Positions 38,157-48,705 of a DNA stretch of 64,000 bases are shown one piece after another. The position numbers were made by a program, and so were the translations under genes. The stretch is taken from IMG/VR virus record IMGVR_UViG_3300045988_141143; one strand, 5' to 3'. Numbering within the stretch: position 1 is the stretch's first letter; every line of letters begins with the position of its first letter. The stretch is from a virus. Below the pieces are notes generated by a model. That model worked only from the letters and a program-made list of their open reading frames with translations, ran no database searches and had not been told where the DNA came from.

Positions 38157-38546
38157 TTATCTCTCGTCACCATCGCCGGCAATGACATTTCGCTGCTTGC
38201 GAGAGGCAAGTTTAGCCAGGTTTTCCTCAGCCACTTCTTCGAGCGTAACACCCATCACTTTTGCCAGTCCTGCTGTCTGCCAAAGAATGTCGCCGATTTT
38301 AGAAAGCATCAGATGGCGTTCCTCGTCACTGACGTTCCACACCTGTGTATGCAGGATCTTGCCTTCCTCGTCGCGCTGGGTAGTGGTGATATGCAGCTTG
38401 CCTTTGCGCATGTGCTTACCGGCTTTGCTTGCAAACTCACCAACCTCGCCAACGAGATTGGCAAGCATATAGAAGAGGTTGTCACTCTCAGGAAGACAAG
38501 TACTCATTGCCTTGTCCTGATATTCGTTTAATGTTAAATTTGCCAT
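38157..38546 (-). CDS. MazG-like nucleoside-triphosphate pyrophosphohydrolase
   Basis: 'LTLNEYQDKAMSTCLP...LANLVGEVGEFASKAGKHMR' (EEVGE-type MazG motif). Start taken at the internal ATG at 38546. Confidence 0.55.
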   Translation of the reverse strand: MANLTLNEYQDKAMSTCLPESDNLFYMLANLVGEVGEFASKAGKHMRKGKLHITTTQRDEEGKILHTQVWNVSDEERHLMLSKIGDILWQTAGLAKVMGVTLEEVAEENLAKLASRKQRNVIAGDGDER

Positions 38547-38571
38547 GATATATATATGTTTATATTGATGA

Positions 38572-39468
38572 TTATATGTCAAACTCATCACAATACTGGC
38601 GCATACGCTCGATGATGATGTTGCGTATCTTCTCACCAATAATCTTGGCATTGGGATGCGGTGTGCCCGTCTTGCCATGATAGCGAAGGTCGAGAATATG
38701 GCTCCAGTCGGAAAGCGTATAGGTATATGCCACAACGGTATAGGTATCGAGAGGCAGAACACCTCGTGCGTCCTGCGGCTTCAAGCCGGACTTCAGAAGT
38801 CGGTTGTAGCCCCACTCGCATACTCGGCATACAAGGCCATAGACCATGCGCTGCCAACGACTGCCTTCTACGTGCCAATGCGGACGTGCTATCTGTACGC
38901 CTCCCTTCTTCTCTAAATAGCAATAGCGTGTGCTCTGTTCGGCGATGCTGTTGGGCGACGTGCGGTTGAGCTCACGCGAGGTACTTATCTGCGTGGTTAC
39001 TACCAGCGTCATGCGGATAATAGAGAATGCCTCCTCGCACTCGTACTTCAGTGCCTTCTCGATAAACTCGTCTTCGCTGACACCATACTGACTAAGCGTA
39101 TTCATTATGTCCTCGTGCTCAAGCGCAAACTGAGTATTGGTACTGAACCATACCTTATGATTCTTGGTGGCATAGTTGATGTAAGGCGATGCCTCCAGAT
39201 ATGCCCAGATGTGGTTAGGAAGACCCCTTTCGTTGGGCATAAAGAAATAGACTGTGCCGTGGCGAAACATCGAGCGATGTCCGCTTTCCCAGAAGCCTTT
39301 GCAGCGTTCCTCGTCACGCTTCTGGATGAAAGTTTTCTCTTCCTCTTCGGTCATTCCTTCTTCGGGCTGCTTGCCCTTTGCCTTGTAGCATATTCTGCCC
39401 ACTCTTGCTATATGTTGTGCAAGAGTAGTCTGCTGCCACCATTCTACTTGTGGTTCGATGAATTTCAT
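38572..39468 (-). CDS. thyX: FAD-dependent thymidylate synthase ThyX-like
   Basis: 'TSRELNRTSPNSIAEQSTRY' resembles the ThyX RHR...S.RY signature. C-terminal 'ARGVLPLDTYT...LDLRYH' block. Confidence 0.5.
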   Translation of the reverse strand: MKFIEPQVEWWQQTTLAQHIARVGRICYKAKGKQPEEGMTEEEEKTFIQKRDEERCKGFWESGHRSMFRHGTVYFFMPNERGLPNHIWAYLEASPYINYATKNHKVWFSTNTQFALEHEDIMNTLSQYGVSEDEFIEKALKYECEEAFSIIRMTLVVTTQISTSRELNRTSPNSIAEQSTRYCYLEKKGGVQIARPHWHVEGSRWQRMVYGLVCRVCEWGYNRLLKSGLKPQDARGVLPLDTYTVVAYTYTLSDWSHILDLRYHGKTGTPHPNAKIIGEKIRNIIIERMRQYCDEFDI

Positions 39469-39509
39469 TATGGATGAATTTTAATTTGTTATTAAAAGAT
39501 AGTGCATTC

Positions 39510-40016
39510 TCATATTTTCCGAAGTTTACTCAATACTCGTCGCTGCACCTTGTCACACAGACTTTCGAGCGAGCCGTTATTGAAGATTACTGCATCGTAG
39601 AAGAACAAGGACAGAAGATTGCGCTGTTGGTCGCGGTCTAAGCGTTCCTGCGACACCCCTCGGCGCAGTCGAGTTGCTTCCCATGCCGTCACACAAATCT
39701 TGAATAGCTCGATGTCGGGGAATTTCTCGCACAAGGCTTTCAGTCCGTCCTCGTCAATGACGTAAATAGCCTTGTCCGTCACCTGGTCGATGGTGGTCCA
39801 ATACTCATAGCCGCCATACTGGGTGTATGCCAACATCTTGTCGTGCGGTACGTCGCACTTCTCTACAAAATAATGCTGCCAACCGTCAATTTCGCCTTCA
39901 CGCTTCGGACGAGTGGTATAAGAACATATCACTTTATAGCCGCCCATGTCGGACAGCATCTGAGCCACAGTGTCCTTTCCTGCACCACTCGGACCAGTAA
40001 TTGTTATCAGTTTCAT
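39510..40016 (-). CDS. Guanylate-kinase-like dNMP kinase
   Basis: P-loop 'ITGPSGAGKDT'. 'TTRPKREGEIDGWQHYFV' matches the Gmk 'TTRPPRPGEVDGVDYHFV' block. Confidence 0.6.
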   Translation of the reverse strand: MKLITITGPSGAGKDTVAQMLSDMGGYKVICSYTTRPKREGEIDGWQHYFVEKCDVPHDKMLAYTQYGGYEYWTTIDQVTDKAIYVIDEDGLKALCEKFPDIELFKICVTAWEATRLRRGVSQERLDRDQQRNLLSLFFYDAVIFNNGSLESLCDKVQRRVLSKLRKI

Positions 40017-40194
40017 ATATTTTTTGTTTGAATTTTAACATTTGAGCAATCAGTAAACAATCAGTAAACAATCAGTAGACATGAAGTAAATACGCATAGG
40101 CTTCACTCTTTGCGAAAATCGGGGCTTTTTTTGCCGTTTTTCGAGTTTTTGATTTAACACTTGTGAAAAAGTGTTTTTATGTGATTACGACCCT

Positions 40195-41280
40195 TTAGCC
40201 ATAGATTTCCTGCATATCCTCCCTCGAAAGTGTTACCTTGGCTCTTTTGCAAAACATGAAAAAAGTATTTGCTCTTACTCTTTCGTATTTTCCGAATGAC
40301 TTCCAAGGAGCCACAAAGTCTGATTCACGGTGTCCGTGGTTGGCATCAAAGGGACGGAAACGAGAAACTCGCTTCCACATATCATAGCCTTCATTCGGAT
40401 CGATACTGTATAAAGACATTCCGCATTTAACCCAGTCATCATAGTTTTCCATAATGTCAACAGCATTCTGCTCTACCTTACGTACAAGGACACGCGCTTT
40501 GCGCAAGATGATGTCGGGTGTATCATTTTCCCAATCACCAGTATAACCCGACCTCTGACCTGACGACGTATTTTCGTAATGCGTAGCAACTTTAGTTACA
40601 GGAATTAGCGATGGCAACACAGCCATATCTTCCAGTCCCTTATACGGCACCACATTTTCATTGATATATATATGTTCGGGATCGTCCCAGGAGGCGAAGC
40701 GCACACGACCGATGTTGCTGCAAGCCTTGTCGAGCATGATGCCGATAGCGGCATATTCTTTGAGCAGAGCTTTGAACTGGTCTTTGTGTCTTTCGGGATA
40801 GGCCAGACGAACCAGACCGAAATAACCAGTACCAGAGCAAGACCGCATCATTAATCCTATCTCAGGACGAAAACGGGCAAGCTTAAATATACTTTCAAAA
40901 TCAGTTATCTGAAGATTGTCCTGCAGATCAATGTCGATGGCGAGCCAGCCCGTGTGCTGTTTCAGGTGGCTCTCTCGTCGGCTCACCATGACACGCTGCC
41001 CTGGATGCGTCAGACTGTCATCTTCATAGAGAGCGAACAAGCCGCTAAGAGTGGCACCAGGTAACATCTTCTTGGTATTGATGTACTCAGGCATTTTCTT
41101 TGCCTTGCTGCCAAATTCCTGACGCATAGCACGAAGACGCTGCACATACGGCTTCCATCTATCCGTAAGACAGAACTCGCGGATGGTCATCTGCTGAATG
41201 CACTCACCCGTCTCGCGGTCTACGAAACGGCCATAAGCATCTTGGGCAGACTCATAAATAGAGCAAACTTCGTCAAACAT
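40195..41280 (-). CDS. Prim-Pol (AEP-superfamily) primase-like replication protein with PriCT-like C-terminus
   Basis: AEP motif I 'LAIDIDL', motif II-like 'SCSGTGYFGLV', 'RVRFAS'. C-terminal 'YDDWVKCGMSLYS'. Confidence 0.5.
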   Translation of the reverse strand: MFDEVCSIYESAQDAYGRFVDRETGECIQQMTIREFCLTDRWKPYVQRLRAMRQEFGSKAKKMPEYINTKKMLPGATLSGLFALYEDDSLTHPGQRVMVSRRESHLKQHTGWLAIDIDLQDNLQITDFESIFKLARFRPEIGLMMRSCSGTGYFGLVRLAYPERHKDQFKALLKEYAAIGIMLDKACSNIGRVRFASWDDPEHIYINENVVPYKGLEDMAVLPSLIPVTKVATHYENTSSGQRSGYTGDWENDTPDIILRKARVLVRKVEQNAVDIMENYDDWVKCGMSLYSIDPNEGYDMWKRVSRFRPFDANHGHRESDFVAPWKSFGKYERVRANTFFMFCKRAKVTLSREDMQEIYG

Positions 41281-42199
41281 ATCTTAGTTATTATACTTAA
41301 TACTTTCACTGCAAAATTAAGAAATAAAACCTAAATAACAAAATATCTGGGGTATTTTCTTGTGTATTTAAGATATATTAAAAGAAATTTAATCGAAATA
41401 TCCCAGTTGTTTCACGTAATGATAGGTATTTTTGAGTGATGAGAAGGAGCATAAAATAAAATGAGACCAAAAAGAAGACTCTGGTCTCATTTCTGTATCA
41501 AAAAGTCCCATTTTTCAAAAATGAACCAAAAAGCAAAAGTCCACTCATCCTATTTTTCTCCTTTTTAGTCCCATGATTGTCTCACGATTATCACCCTGTT
41601 GCCCACTTATTTCTTGCTGTTACTTGCTTACTAATTAGCTTTTTATATTATTTTGGTCTCAAAATGATTATTTTTTTTATAAACTAATATGCGCATAAGA
41701 AATAAAATATTTATCTAAAAGATATAAAATACAGCAAAATTGGCTCAAATCCATCTTATACTTTGCTCCATTTCAATCTTGTAAGTAACTTATTGTCTGA
41801 TGTTTACGGCAAAGCCGTTAATGCTACTAACTTCTAAATTGAGGTTAGGGGCTTTTGATTTTAGGAGAATAAAAAAATTACCCAAAATTCTGATATAGTA
41901 TGCTTAGGATTCATGAAAAATGCGACCAAAACCCTGAAATGAGACCAAAAATGCGAATAAAGTCCCAATAAATGAGACTGTTACACCACTACTCTACCCT
42001 GTCACATTCATATTTGCGAAATGCGACCAGATTATTCGGATTCCATATTGACTATCGTTTTATAGCCGTTCACACCTCACAGCGAAAGAGAAAAACACTG
42101 CGTTTCACAACGAAAAAAGACCACCACGTTTCACAACGGAGCGGTCTCATCAGAAAATACTAACTAATAAATAAGATAAAGAAAATAAAATTCGTAAAC
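41281..42199. repeat. 0.9-kb AT-rich non-coding region with iteron-like repeats (candidate replication origin)
   Basis: At least 8 copies of AATG(A/C)GACCA(A)AA in both orientations (41458, 41482 inverted, 41518, 41651 reverse, 41915, 41937, 41969, 42017). 'AAGTCCCA' occurs 3 times. Inverted repeat AAATGAGACCA-N13-TGGTCTCATTT at 41458-41492. Confidence 0.45.
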
Positions 42200-45100
42200 T
42201 TAGCCCTTGCCTTTCATAAACTGGTTGGCTTTTGTCATGCTGTCATAAAGATTACCACGGCCATACATGTCTATCTTTGCGTAGATAGGTTCATTCAGTC
42301 GGTCGAGGAGGGTCTTGACGGCTTGCATGAGAGCGGCTTGGCTGGCTGTGTTGTTAGCGATTACATTGTTGGCCGCTGGTGCGCCCAACAGAAGATTACC
42401 ATTTTCTGCTGTAAAGCCCGCTGCTGCGTCCCCCATTGCGCTCGCAAGCTCGCCGACATTACCATTGTCAAATGCGCGTCTTGCTGCACGTCTGCCTGAA
42501 TAGTTGCTGTCGTAGTTGACGAGAGCCTTGAGGAGTGCCGGATTGTTCATCATCATGGCGTGTGTCGTCTCACGACCGATTACTATCTCGGGTCCATTCT
42601 CTGCTACAAGAGAAGGCTGGCCATTGATGGTAGTAGCCCTTGGAGTAGTTATCATTTGCACGCCAGTTTTTTGCCTGCCGTCATCCTCTGTTGCCCAATA
42701 AATATCACCATTGTCGGCTACAAATGGCTTCAGGTCTTGCACGTTACCGCTGTCATACGTAAGCATACCTGAAACGAGCTTCGTGTTTTTAGATACAGAA
42801 GAAGATTTCTTACTGCTGCTGCTGAAAGCCGAATTAAGTGCCCACTGAAGCAAGCCCATCAGAGTAGCCATCACTCCTGCTGCAGCAATAGGACCAGCAA
42901 TAGGACCTAAGAACTCAAAACACTTCGCCATTGCTCCCGCGATAGAGAATGTCACCTCTTGGTCGGTGCGGGCCGCGTCCGAGTTTGCCACATCCTGATT
43001 GTTCTGTTCTTTAGCTGCAAGATTGGTGGTCATAGCCGTCTGGGTCATATCAAGAATGGCATTCTGCGCTATCTCCGTACTCTTACTTTGCTCTTTATTG
43101 CCGGCATCGGTGATGTCAGTTATATTCTTGACACCTTGATGGGTTTCTTTCTCTCTATCCTTAGCTCCCTTTTTAACCTCTTTGCTGAGTTCTTTTTGAT
43201 GCTTCCTTTCTTTCTTGAGCTGCTTGGCTTTTTCCTTGTCGTCTCCAGTTTTCTTTGAAGAACCGCCAAGAGTGAAATTGGTATTCATCAAGTCACCCAC
43301 AAGGCTGCCTCCGATACCGGCTACGGCATCGGACAGAGTAGTACCACCTGTAATAGCACCAGCAACGGCTGTTCCCGCTTGAGAGGCTGTATCAATACCG
43401 TAAGTCTCCTTGTTATAATCATGGATAGTACCGTTTGGATGACGTTTCTTCCATGCAGCAGGAGGCTCAGTATTTGCAAGATTGTTGCCGTTGGCATCAA
43501 TATACTGACCTCCTACGACACGTACCCACATCGGGTTTTCAGCCGTGCCCAGGTTACGCCAATCCATATCAATGGTAGTAGCATTAGCATTAGCATTGGC
43601 TCTCGCTGCATCAATGCCAGGCTGTGCGTTTTTCTTGCCTTGTTTCGCTCCGGCATCATTGATGGCTTTCCACATTTGGGTGTTCACGTCATTTAGCGCC
43701 ATATTAGCCCACGACTCAATCATAGACTTCAGGGCATTCTTGATGCTCTCCTGTGCGCTTGATACGTCAGACTCCATCATGGCGAAAGCCTTGCCTACCT
43801 CTGCACCGAAGGTTTCAATAGGCTGTACGAGCTGCTGCATCTGCGAAAGGCGGTTCTTCATCGCCGTCGCCATTTGGTTGGCATAAGCAAGTTCGGCCTC
43901 CTGGCGAGCCTTATCCGCCTCGTCTACCAACTGCTTGTTACGAGAGTTCTTCAGACAGAAGGCATAGTAATCTTCTGCCAGCTGCATCTTCAGCTTCAGT
44001 AGTTCTACCTCTGGGTCAGCGGTAAGGTCGGCAAGACCGAGGTTGGAAAGAAGGTTGGTCCGCTTGCCGAAGAGAGAACTTTCCTGCTGCATCTTGCGCA
44101 GCTTTGCCTGCTGATCGAGATTGCGTTTGTTGTTTTTCCAAAGAAAATCAGAAATCTTCTTGGCTTCATCGTATTCTTTTTTCTGTGCAGCTGTATATTC
44201 ATCAACATATTGGATAAGCTTGTGATAGAATAGCTTTACATTCTGCTCAGTCTCGCCCATCAACGCAAGAAAGACAGAAGGCATCTGCATATAGTCTTTT
44301 CCAAATAAGAACTGAAGCAGCTTCTGCTTCTCCCCGTTTGTCTCAAAAAGTGCCGCCATTTGTGTGCGAGCCTTTTCCAAAACTTTTATAACATCAGCCC
44401 TATCTTTATTTAGCGTTTCAAGCGAAACGTCTGCAAAACGAGAATTTATTAATCCCAAGAAAGAATTTTGTTGAACTATGCCTGTGTAATCATGTTCAAG
44501 TAGCTCCTTCCGACGTTGCTCTATGCGTTTTTGAATCACATTGCTTGAATCGTTCTCTTTTGATGAAGCATTCAGCCACATTCGGTCAAGATAAGCACGG
44601 TCGCGTTCATCTGATTTATATCCGACAACTTGCCCTTTCTTAATTTTAGGCATTTGCTTTAATAAATCAGAACGAAGTTGTGCTACATTAGTATTCAATA
44701 TGGCATCCTCAAGCATACGAGACTGAGATTGTCCAAACTCATCGTCTTTTTCCTTGCGATATTTGTCTATTGATTTTTTAAATTTATCCCAAGTTTTATT
44801 TCCAAAGACAATAGACTGCTGCGCAGCTGCAAGGGCAGCATCCATTTGTATTTGAATGTCATTAACTGCCTGTTCTTGTAATTCTTTCTCTACACCCTTC
44901 TTTGAAAGATCCTCAACAGTAGCTGTCATTTGGCGCTTATAGAAATTCTTTATCTTCGTAATAAACTCAGATATGTTGTTGCGAGCATCATCTTCAGGAG
45001 TAGTTGTGTTACCTCCACCACCGTTGCCGCCATAAACTTTTTGACCTACAGCCATTCCATCTCCTACATCAAGTTTAGCCCCAAACTTTTTCCGTAAGGC

Positions 45101-48100
45101 TTCTTCTTGTGCGTTTATTTCATCCAGTCTTGACTGAGCCTTATCTCGCTCGCGTTTCGCAGCCGCACGTTGTCCTGCCTGTCCGATTGCACCCTGTGCC
45201 TGCCCTGGCATCATAGCACCACCAGAGGTCTGAATATATCTTCCATTAGGAGCGTTCACGTGTGTATTTGCATACGCATCTTCTTTTTTCTGCAAATCAA
45301 GAATAGCATCCACTTTCTCACGACCCAATTCTGCCAACTTAGAACGAGCGCCCTCAAGTTCGTAGTAATCTTGTAGACGTTGAAAGTTTTTCTCCCATGC
45401 CTTAGTGTTTTCCTTAACAACACCCGTCTCTGTGTTAATTTTAGCGTTGAGGTTAGGAATAGCGCCATTCAATTTATTCATAGCTTCGAGGCGAAGATTC
45501 ATTGACGCAGAAGTATCGTGCATAACATTATGCAGACGCTTCAACGATTCTTGTTCCTCCATAGCCTTACGCTTACCTTCTTCTTGTACTTCGTTAAGCA
45601 CGCGCTGTCCTGCGGATAAACCGTTCAAAGAGGAAGAATATTCGGCAAGTTTTACGACCAATATACCCAATAATCCAATTAATCCTCCCATAATACCCGC
45701 CTGCTTGGCAAACGACAAGCCATTAAATGCAGCTTTAGTTTTGGCAACAACAGCCCCCAGAGACAACATACCTCCCTCTAATCCCTGAACATAAGTAAGC
45801 AGTTTTGCAAAGCCACCCGCTAATCCTGCCATACTAATCATGGTGATCAACGTAGGAAGTATGCTCAGTAGCATCTTTATAGAGGCAAAGAGCAGCGCTA
45901 ACGCTACACGAACCTCTGTCATAAAACTCATACTGGTTGTAAGTTCCTTTACAACTTCAAACCAAGCTTTTGCTATATCACGAATAGGTCCCGAAGCCGC
46001 ACTTGAAGAAACAAACTGTTTTTCAAGAAGGTTGTTAGCCCTCTCCATATACGCGGCTGCAGTTTCCTGCTGCATATTATACTCAACCGTAACAGCAGAA
46101 CCTTCATTAAAAGCTTTATTAGACTCCTTTACCGCTTTAGTAAGCATACCATTCTTGGCAGCCATTGTTACCATAGTTTTTACCAAACGAGCGCCATCTG
46201 AGCCTAAGTCCTTAAATAAGCCATCAAGAGCAAAAAGGTTTTTAGTTTCGCCCATTCTGCGGAAAATGGTTAAGATTGCATCCATACCTCTTCCACTCTC
46301 GATCATCTTCTTCAAAGAACCAGAAGCTATACCGAGTGATTTTTCAATAGGGCTTGTACCTTTACGAAGCTCTACAACCAACTTTCCAAAAGCTGTTGCT
46401 GCAACTTCTGGCTCAAGGGCCATTGAGTCAACAGCCGCACCAAGAGCCAAAATATCTGGGGTTGTTAAAGCCGCCTGTTCGCCCAATGCAAGCATACGAT
46501 TAGAGAAATCCACAATCTTTCCGCTTGTCGCTGTAGATGTAGATGCCAGTCGGAAAATCGCAGAGCCTGTTTTCAGCATAGCCTGCTCCACTCCATATTT
46601 ATCCGCAAGACCCATCACCTCAGTAATCTTAGCAAGAGCCGTCAACGCTTCATCGCCCAAATCCTCTTTCAATGCGACGTTCACCTGGTCTGCGGCACGG
46701 ACGAAGCCAGCTAAATTTTGAGTTGTAACACCAAGTTTAGCTCCCGCATAGGCCAAGTTGTTCAGTTCTTCTATGCTTGTACGGGTATCGATTTTAGCAA
46801 GTTCCTTTGATAAATTTGCTACTTCGTCAGTTGTAGATAAAGCGACCTTACGAATATTAGTAAGCTGTTCGCTATACTTCATATTAAGACGAAACAAATC
46901 CATAAAGTACGTTTTAAGCTGATTGAACATCGCAAACAATCCGACATAAGCCGTGAGGTTCTTCAGTGCTGTCTGCCATGCGCTGCCATGCTTGTTGGCC
47001 GCACCCGTCGCCTCGTCGATGTTCTTCTTCAGCTCCTTCATCGACTTCTGCTTGTCGGCAAACTCCTTACTCTTGGTATTGATTTGGTTCAGTTCCTCTT
47101 CGAGTTGCTTGTAGGCACGGCGCAGTTCGTCGAGGGAGGCCTTACCCTGCTTGCTACGGGCGAGAATGTCGTTAAGGGCACTCTGCGACATACGGGTCCC
47201 CTTGAGGGTCTGTTCGAGCATGGAGTATTGGCGACGGAGGTCGGCCACATACTTGCTGCCAGCAGGGAGTTGCTGAATCTTCTGCTGTATCACTTCCATC
47301 GTGCGCTTGATGTCTTCGCCCGAAGCCTTGTTAGGTTCAGCCAATACCTGCTTCATCTGCTTCCAGCTCATTGATGCTTTCTGAGTCTTACCCGACACAG
47401 CCTCCAGCCGCTTCTCTATCTCCTGGAGCTCGCTGTTGTATTTTGCAATATCAGCCGAATTGCCTGTAGGTGTGTTGTCGCGAGCCTCAGTAAGCGTAGA
47501 CTTGGCTCGGCGCAAATCAGATGCTGAAGCGTTTTGACTGGTTACAGTCTGATGTGCCTCTGCCACGCCCATTTTGCCCTTGCGTCTGTCCTCCTCGGCT
47601 TCAAGTTGCTTCAATGTGGCGAGATTCTGCTGATAGGACGCATCCGATTTTTGCAGCGAACCTACGAGGTCACGCTGTTGTTTGATGGCCTTGTCGAGCC
47701 ATTGATCGGATTGGTTCTTTACATTATTCAAGCCATCGGCTATCTTGACATACTGACCTTCAATAAGGCGCATTTGATCGCCCACTTGCTTCATCTCGCT
47801 TCGTATCTGCTCTGCCTTCTTCAGGTCGGCATCCGAGCCGGTGAGCTTAGCAAGAGCCGACTTGCCCGAACCCATAGCACGACGCAGGTCACGAAGCTTA
47901 GTGTTGGTGAGGTCTTGCACCACCTCGCTCAATCGCTTCGTGTCCTCGATATTGTCACGCTGCACTTGCGACAACGCCTTCAATGTGCTCTCTGCCCTCT
48001 TACACTCAGCAGTGTTAGCCTGTCCTGCGGCAGTCATCTTCTGGATGTCGGCAGTATATTTCTGCACAAGATTGTCAATCTCTTCCAACACCTTCTTGGC

Positions 48101-48151
48101 TGTAGAGGCATTGGCCGTGATTACTACTTTTGCTAATTTTTGTGTTGCCAT
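42200..48151 (-). CDS. Tail tape measure protein (1983 aa)
   Basis: Long coiled coils. Core 'TSIEELNNLAYAGAKLGVTTQNLAGFVRAADQVNVALKEDLGDEALTALAKITEVMGL' resembles the TP901-type TMP domain. Hydrophobic segments and Gly-rich C-terminus. Confidence 0.65.
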   Translation of the reverse strand: MATQKLAKVVITANASTAKKVLEEIDNLVQKYTADIQKMTAAGQANTAECKRAESTLKALSQVQRDNIEDTKRLSEVVQDLTNTKLRDLRRAMGSGKSALAKLTGSDADLKKAEQIRSEMKQVGDQMRLIEGQYVKIADGLNNVKNQSDQWLDKAIKQQRDLVGSLQKSDASYQQNLATLKQLEAEEDRRKGKMGVAEAHQTVTSQNASASDLRRAKSTLTEARDNTPTGNSADIAKYNSELQEIEKRLEAVSGKTQKASMSWKQMKQVLAEPNKASGEDIKRTMEVIQQKIQQLPAGSKYVADLRRQYSMLEQTLKGTRMSQSALNDILARSKQGKASLDELRRAYKQLEEELNQINTKSKEFADKQKSMKELKKNIDEATGAANKHGSAWQTALKNLTAYVGLFAMFNQLKTYFMDLFRLNMKYSEQLTNIRKVALSTTDEVANLSKELAKIDTRTSIEELNNLAYAGAKLGVTTQNLAGFVRAADQVNVALKEDLGDEALTALAKITEVMGLADKYGVEQAMLKTGSAIFRLASTSTATSGKIVDFSNRMLALGEQAALTTPDILALGAAVDSMALEPEVAATAFGKLVVELRKGTSPIEKSLGIASGSLKKMIESGRGMDAILTIFRRMGETKNLFALDGLFKDLGSDGARLVKTMVTMAAKNGMLTKAVKESNKAFNEGSAVTVEYNMQQETAAAYMERANNLLEKQFVSSSAASGPIRDIAKAWFEVVKELTTSMSFMTEVRVALALLFASIKMLLSILPTLITMISMAGLAGGFAKLLTYVQGLEGGMLSLGAVVAKTKAAFNGLSFAKQAGIMGGLIGLLGILVVKLAEYSSSLNGLSAGQRVLNEVQEEGKRKAMEEQESLKRLHNVMHDTSASMNLRLEAMNKLNGAIPNLNAKINTETGVVKENTKAWEKNFQRLQDYYELEGARSKLAELGREKVDAILDLQKKEDAYANTHVNAPNGRYIQTSGGAMMPGQAQGAIGQAGQRAAAKRERDKAQSRLDEINAQEEALRKKFGAKLDVGDGMAVGQKVYGGNGGGGNTTTPEDDARNNISEFITKIKNFYKRQMTATVEDLSKKGVEKELQEQAVNDIQIQMDAALAAAQQSIVFGNKTWDKFKKSIDKYRKEKDDEFGQSQSRMLEDAILNTNVAQLRSDLLKQMPKIKKGQVVGYKSDERDRAYLDRMWLNASSKENDSSNVIQKRIEQRRKELLEHDYTGIVQQNSFLGLINSRFADVSLETLNKDRADVIKVLEKARTQMAALFETNGEKQKLLQFLFGKDYMQMPSVFLALMGETEQNVKLFYHKLIQYVDEYTAAQKKEYDEAKKISDFLWKNNKRNLDQQAKLRKMQQESSLFGKRTNLLSNLGLADLTADPEVELLKLKMQLAEDYYAFCLKNSRNKQLVDEADKARQEAELAYANQMATAMKNRLSQMQQLVQPIETFGAEVGKAFAMMESDVSSAQESIKNALKSMIESWANMALNDVNTQMWKAINDAGAKQGKKNAQPGIDAARANANANATTIDMDWRNLGTAENPMWVRVVGGQYIDANGNNLANTEPPAAWKKRHPNGTIHDYNKETYGIDTASQAGTAVAGAITGGTTLSDAVAGIGGSLVGDLMNTNFTLGGSSKKTGDDKEKAKQLKKERKHQKELSKEVKKGAKDREKETHQGVKNITDITDAGNKEQSKSTEIAQNAILDMTQTAMTTNLAAKEQNNQDVANSDAARTDQEVTFSIAGAMAKCFEFLGPIAGPIAAAGVMATLMGLLQWALNSAFSSSSKKSSSVSKNTKLVSGMLTYDSGNVQDLKPFVADNGDIYWATEDDGRQKTGVQMITTPRATTINGQPSLVAENGPEIVIGRETTHAMMMNNPALLKALVNYDSNYSGRRAARRAFDNGNVGELASAMGDAAAGFTAENGNLLLGAPAANNVIANNTASQAALMQAVKTLLDRLNEPIYAKIDMYGRGNLYDSMTKANQFMKGKG

Positions 48152-48171
48152 TGTTTTCTGTTTTTGTGTTG

Positions 48172-48699
48172 TTAGAGAGTGATATGGATGTCATAATCCT
48201 CGAAAGCCTTAATTATCTGTGCTTCGCCCTGGAATCCGTAGAAATCTACGAGATATTTTTGCATACGCGTTTGCAGGTGTCGAAGCTCCATCATAATGGC
48301 AGGACGCTGAGAGCGACCCGCTCCGTAGCGTTTCCAAGAACGGACATAGCGGCGAGAATAGTTGGCCTTTCGTGCGCTATCCACATCGTTGTACTTAGTA
48401 CCGAGACCTACACCCATATCCACAAAGCGCATATAGTCGTTGTAGGTAAATTCGTAGGTCCAGCCTTCGGGAGTATCGTTCACAATCCTGCCTTGGAAAG
48501 AGTTTACGCCCACTCCCTCGGCGTGCCATTGTCCGCGTGCTCCACGGGCATCGTTTATAGCCCGAAAGCCGCTGTAAATCTCCTTCGGGAAGATGCACTG
48601 CGTCTCGGTGTTTATCTTGAGCTGACGCAATACGTCGCCAAGATACCATCGTGCGGTGTCCTTGAAATCAAAGGCCGGGGCTTGTATTGGTTTTGGCAT
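48172..48699 (-). CDS. Hypothetical protein in the tail-assembly-chaperone position
   Basis: Immediately upstream of the TMP start. No motif. Confidence 0.3.
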   Translation of the reverse strand: MPKPIQAPAFDFKDTARWYLGDVLRQLKINTETQCIFPKEIYSGFRAINDARGARGQWHAEGVGVNSFQGRIVNDTPEGWTYEFTYNDYMRFVDMGVGLGTKYNDVDSARKANYSRRYVRSWKRYGAGRSQRPAIMMELRHLQTRMQKYLVDFYGFQGEAQIIKAFEDYDIHITL

Positions 48700-48705
48700 G
48701 ATGTT

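Noticed and set aside
41281-42199. Non-coding region checked for tRNA genes or a cos/pac site
   Set aside because: No cloverleaf-compatible ~75-nt segment. No 5'-GGG...CCA acceptor pairing found by eye. It is distant from terL, so an origin is more likely than a packaging site. A formal tRNAscan is still advisable.
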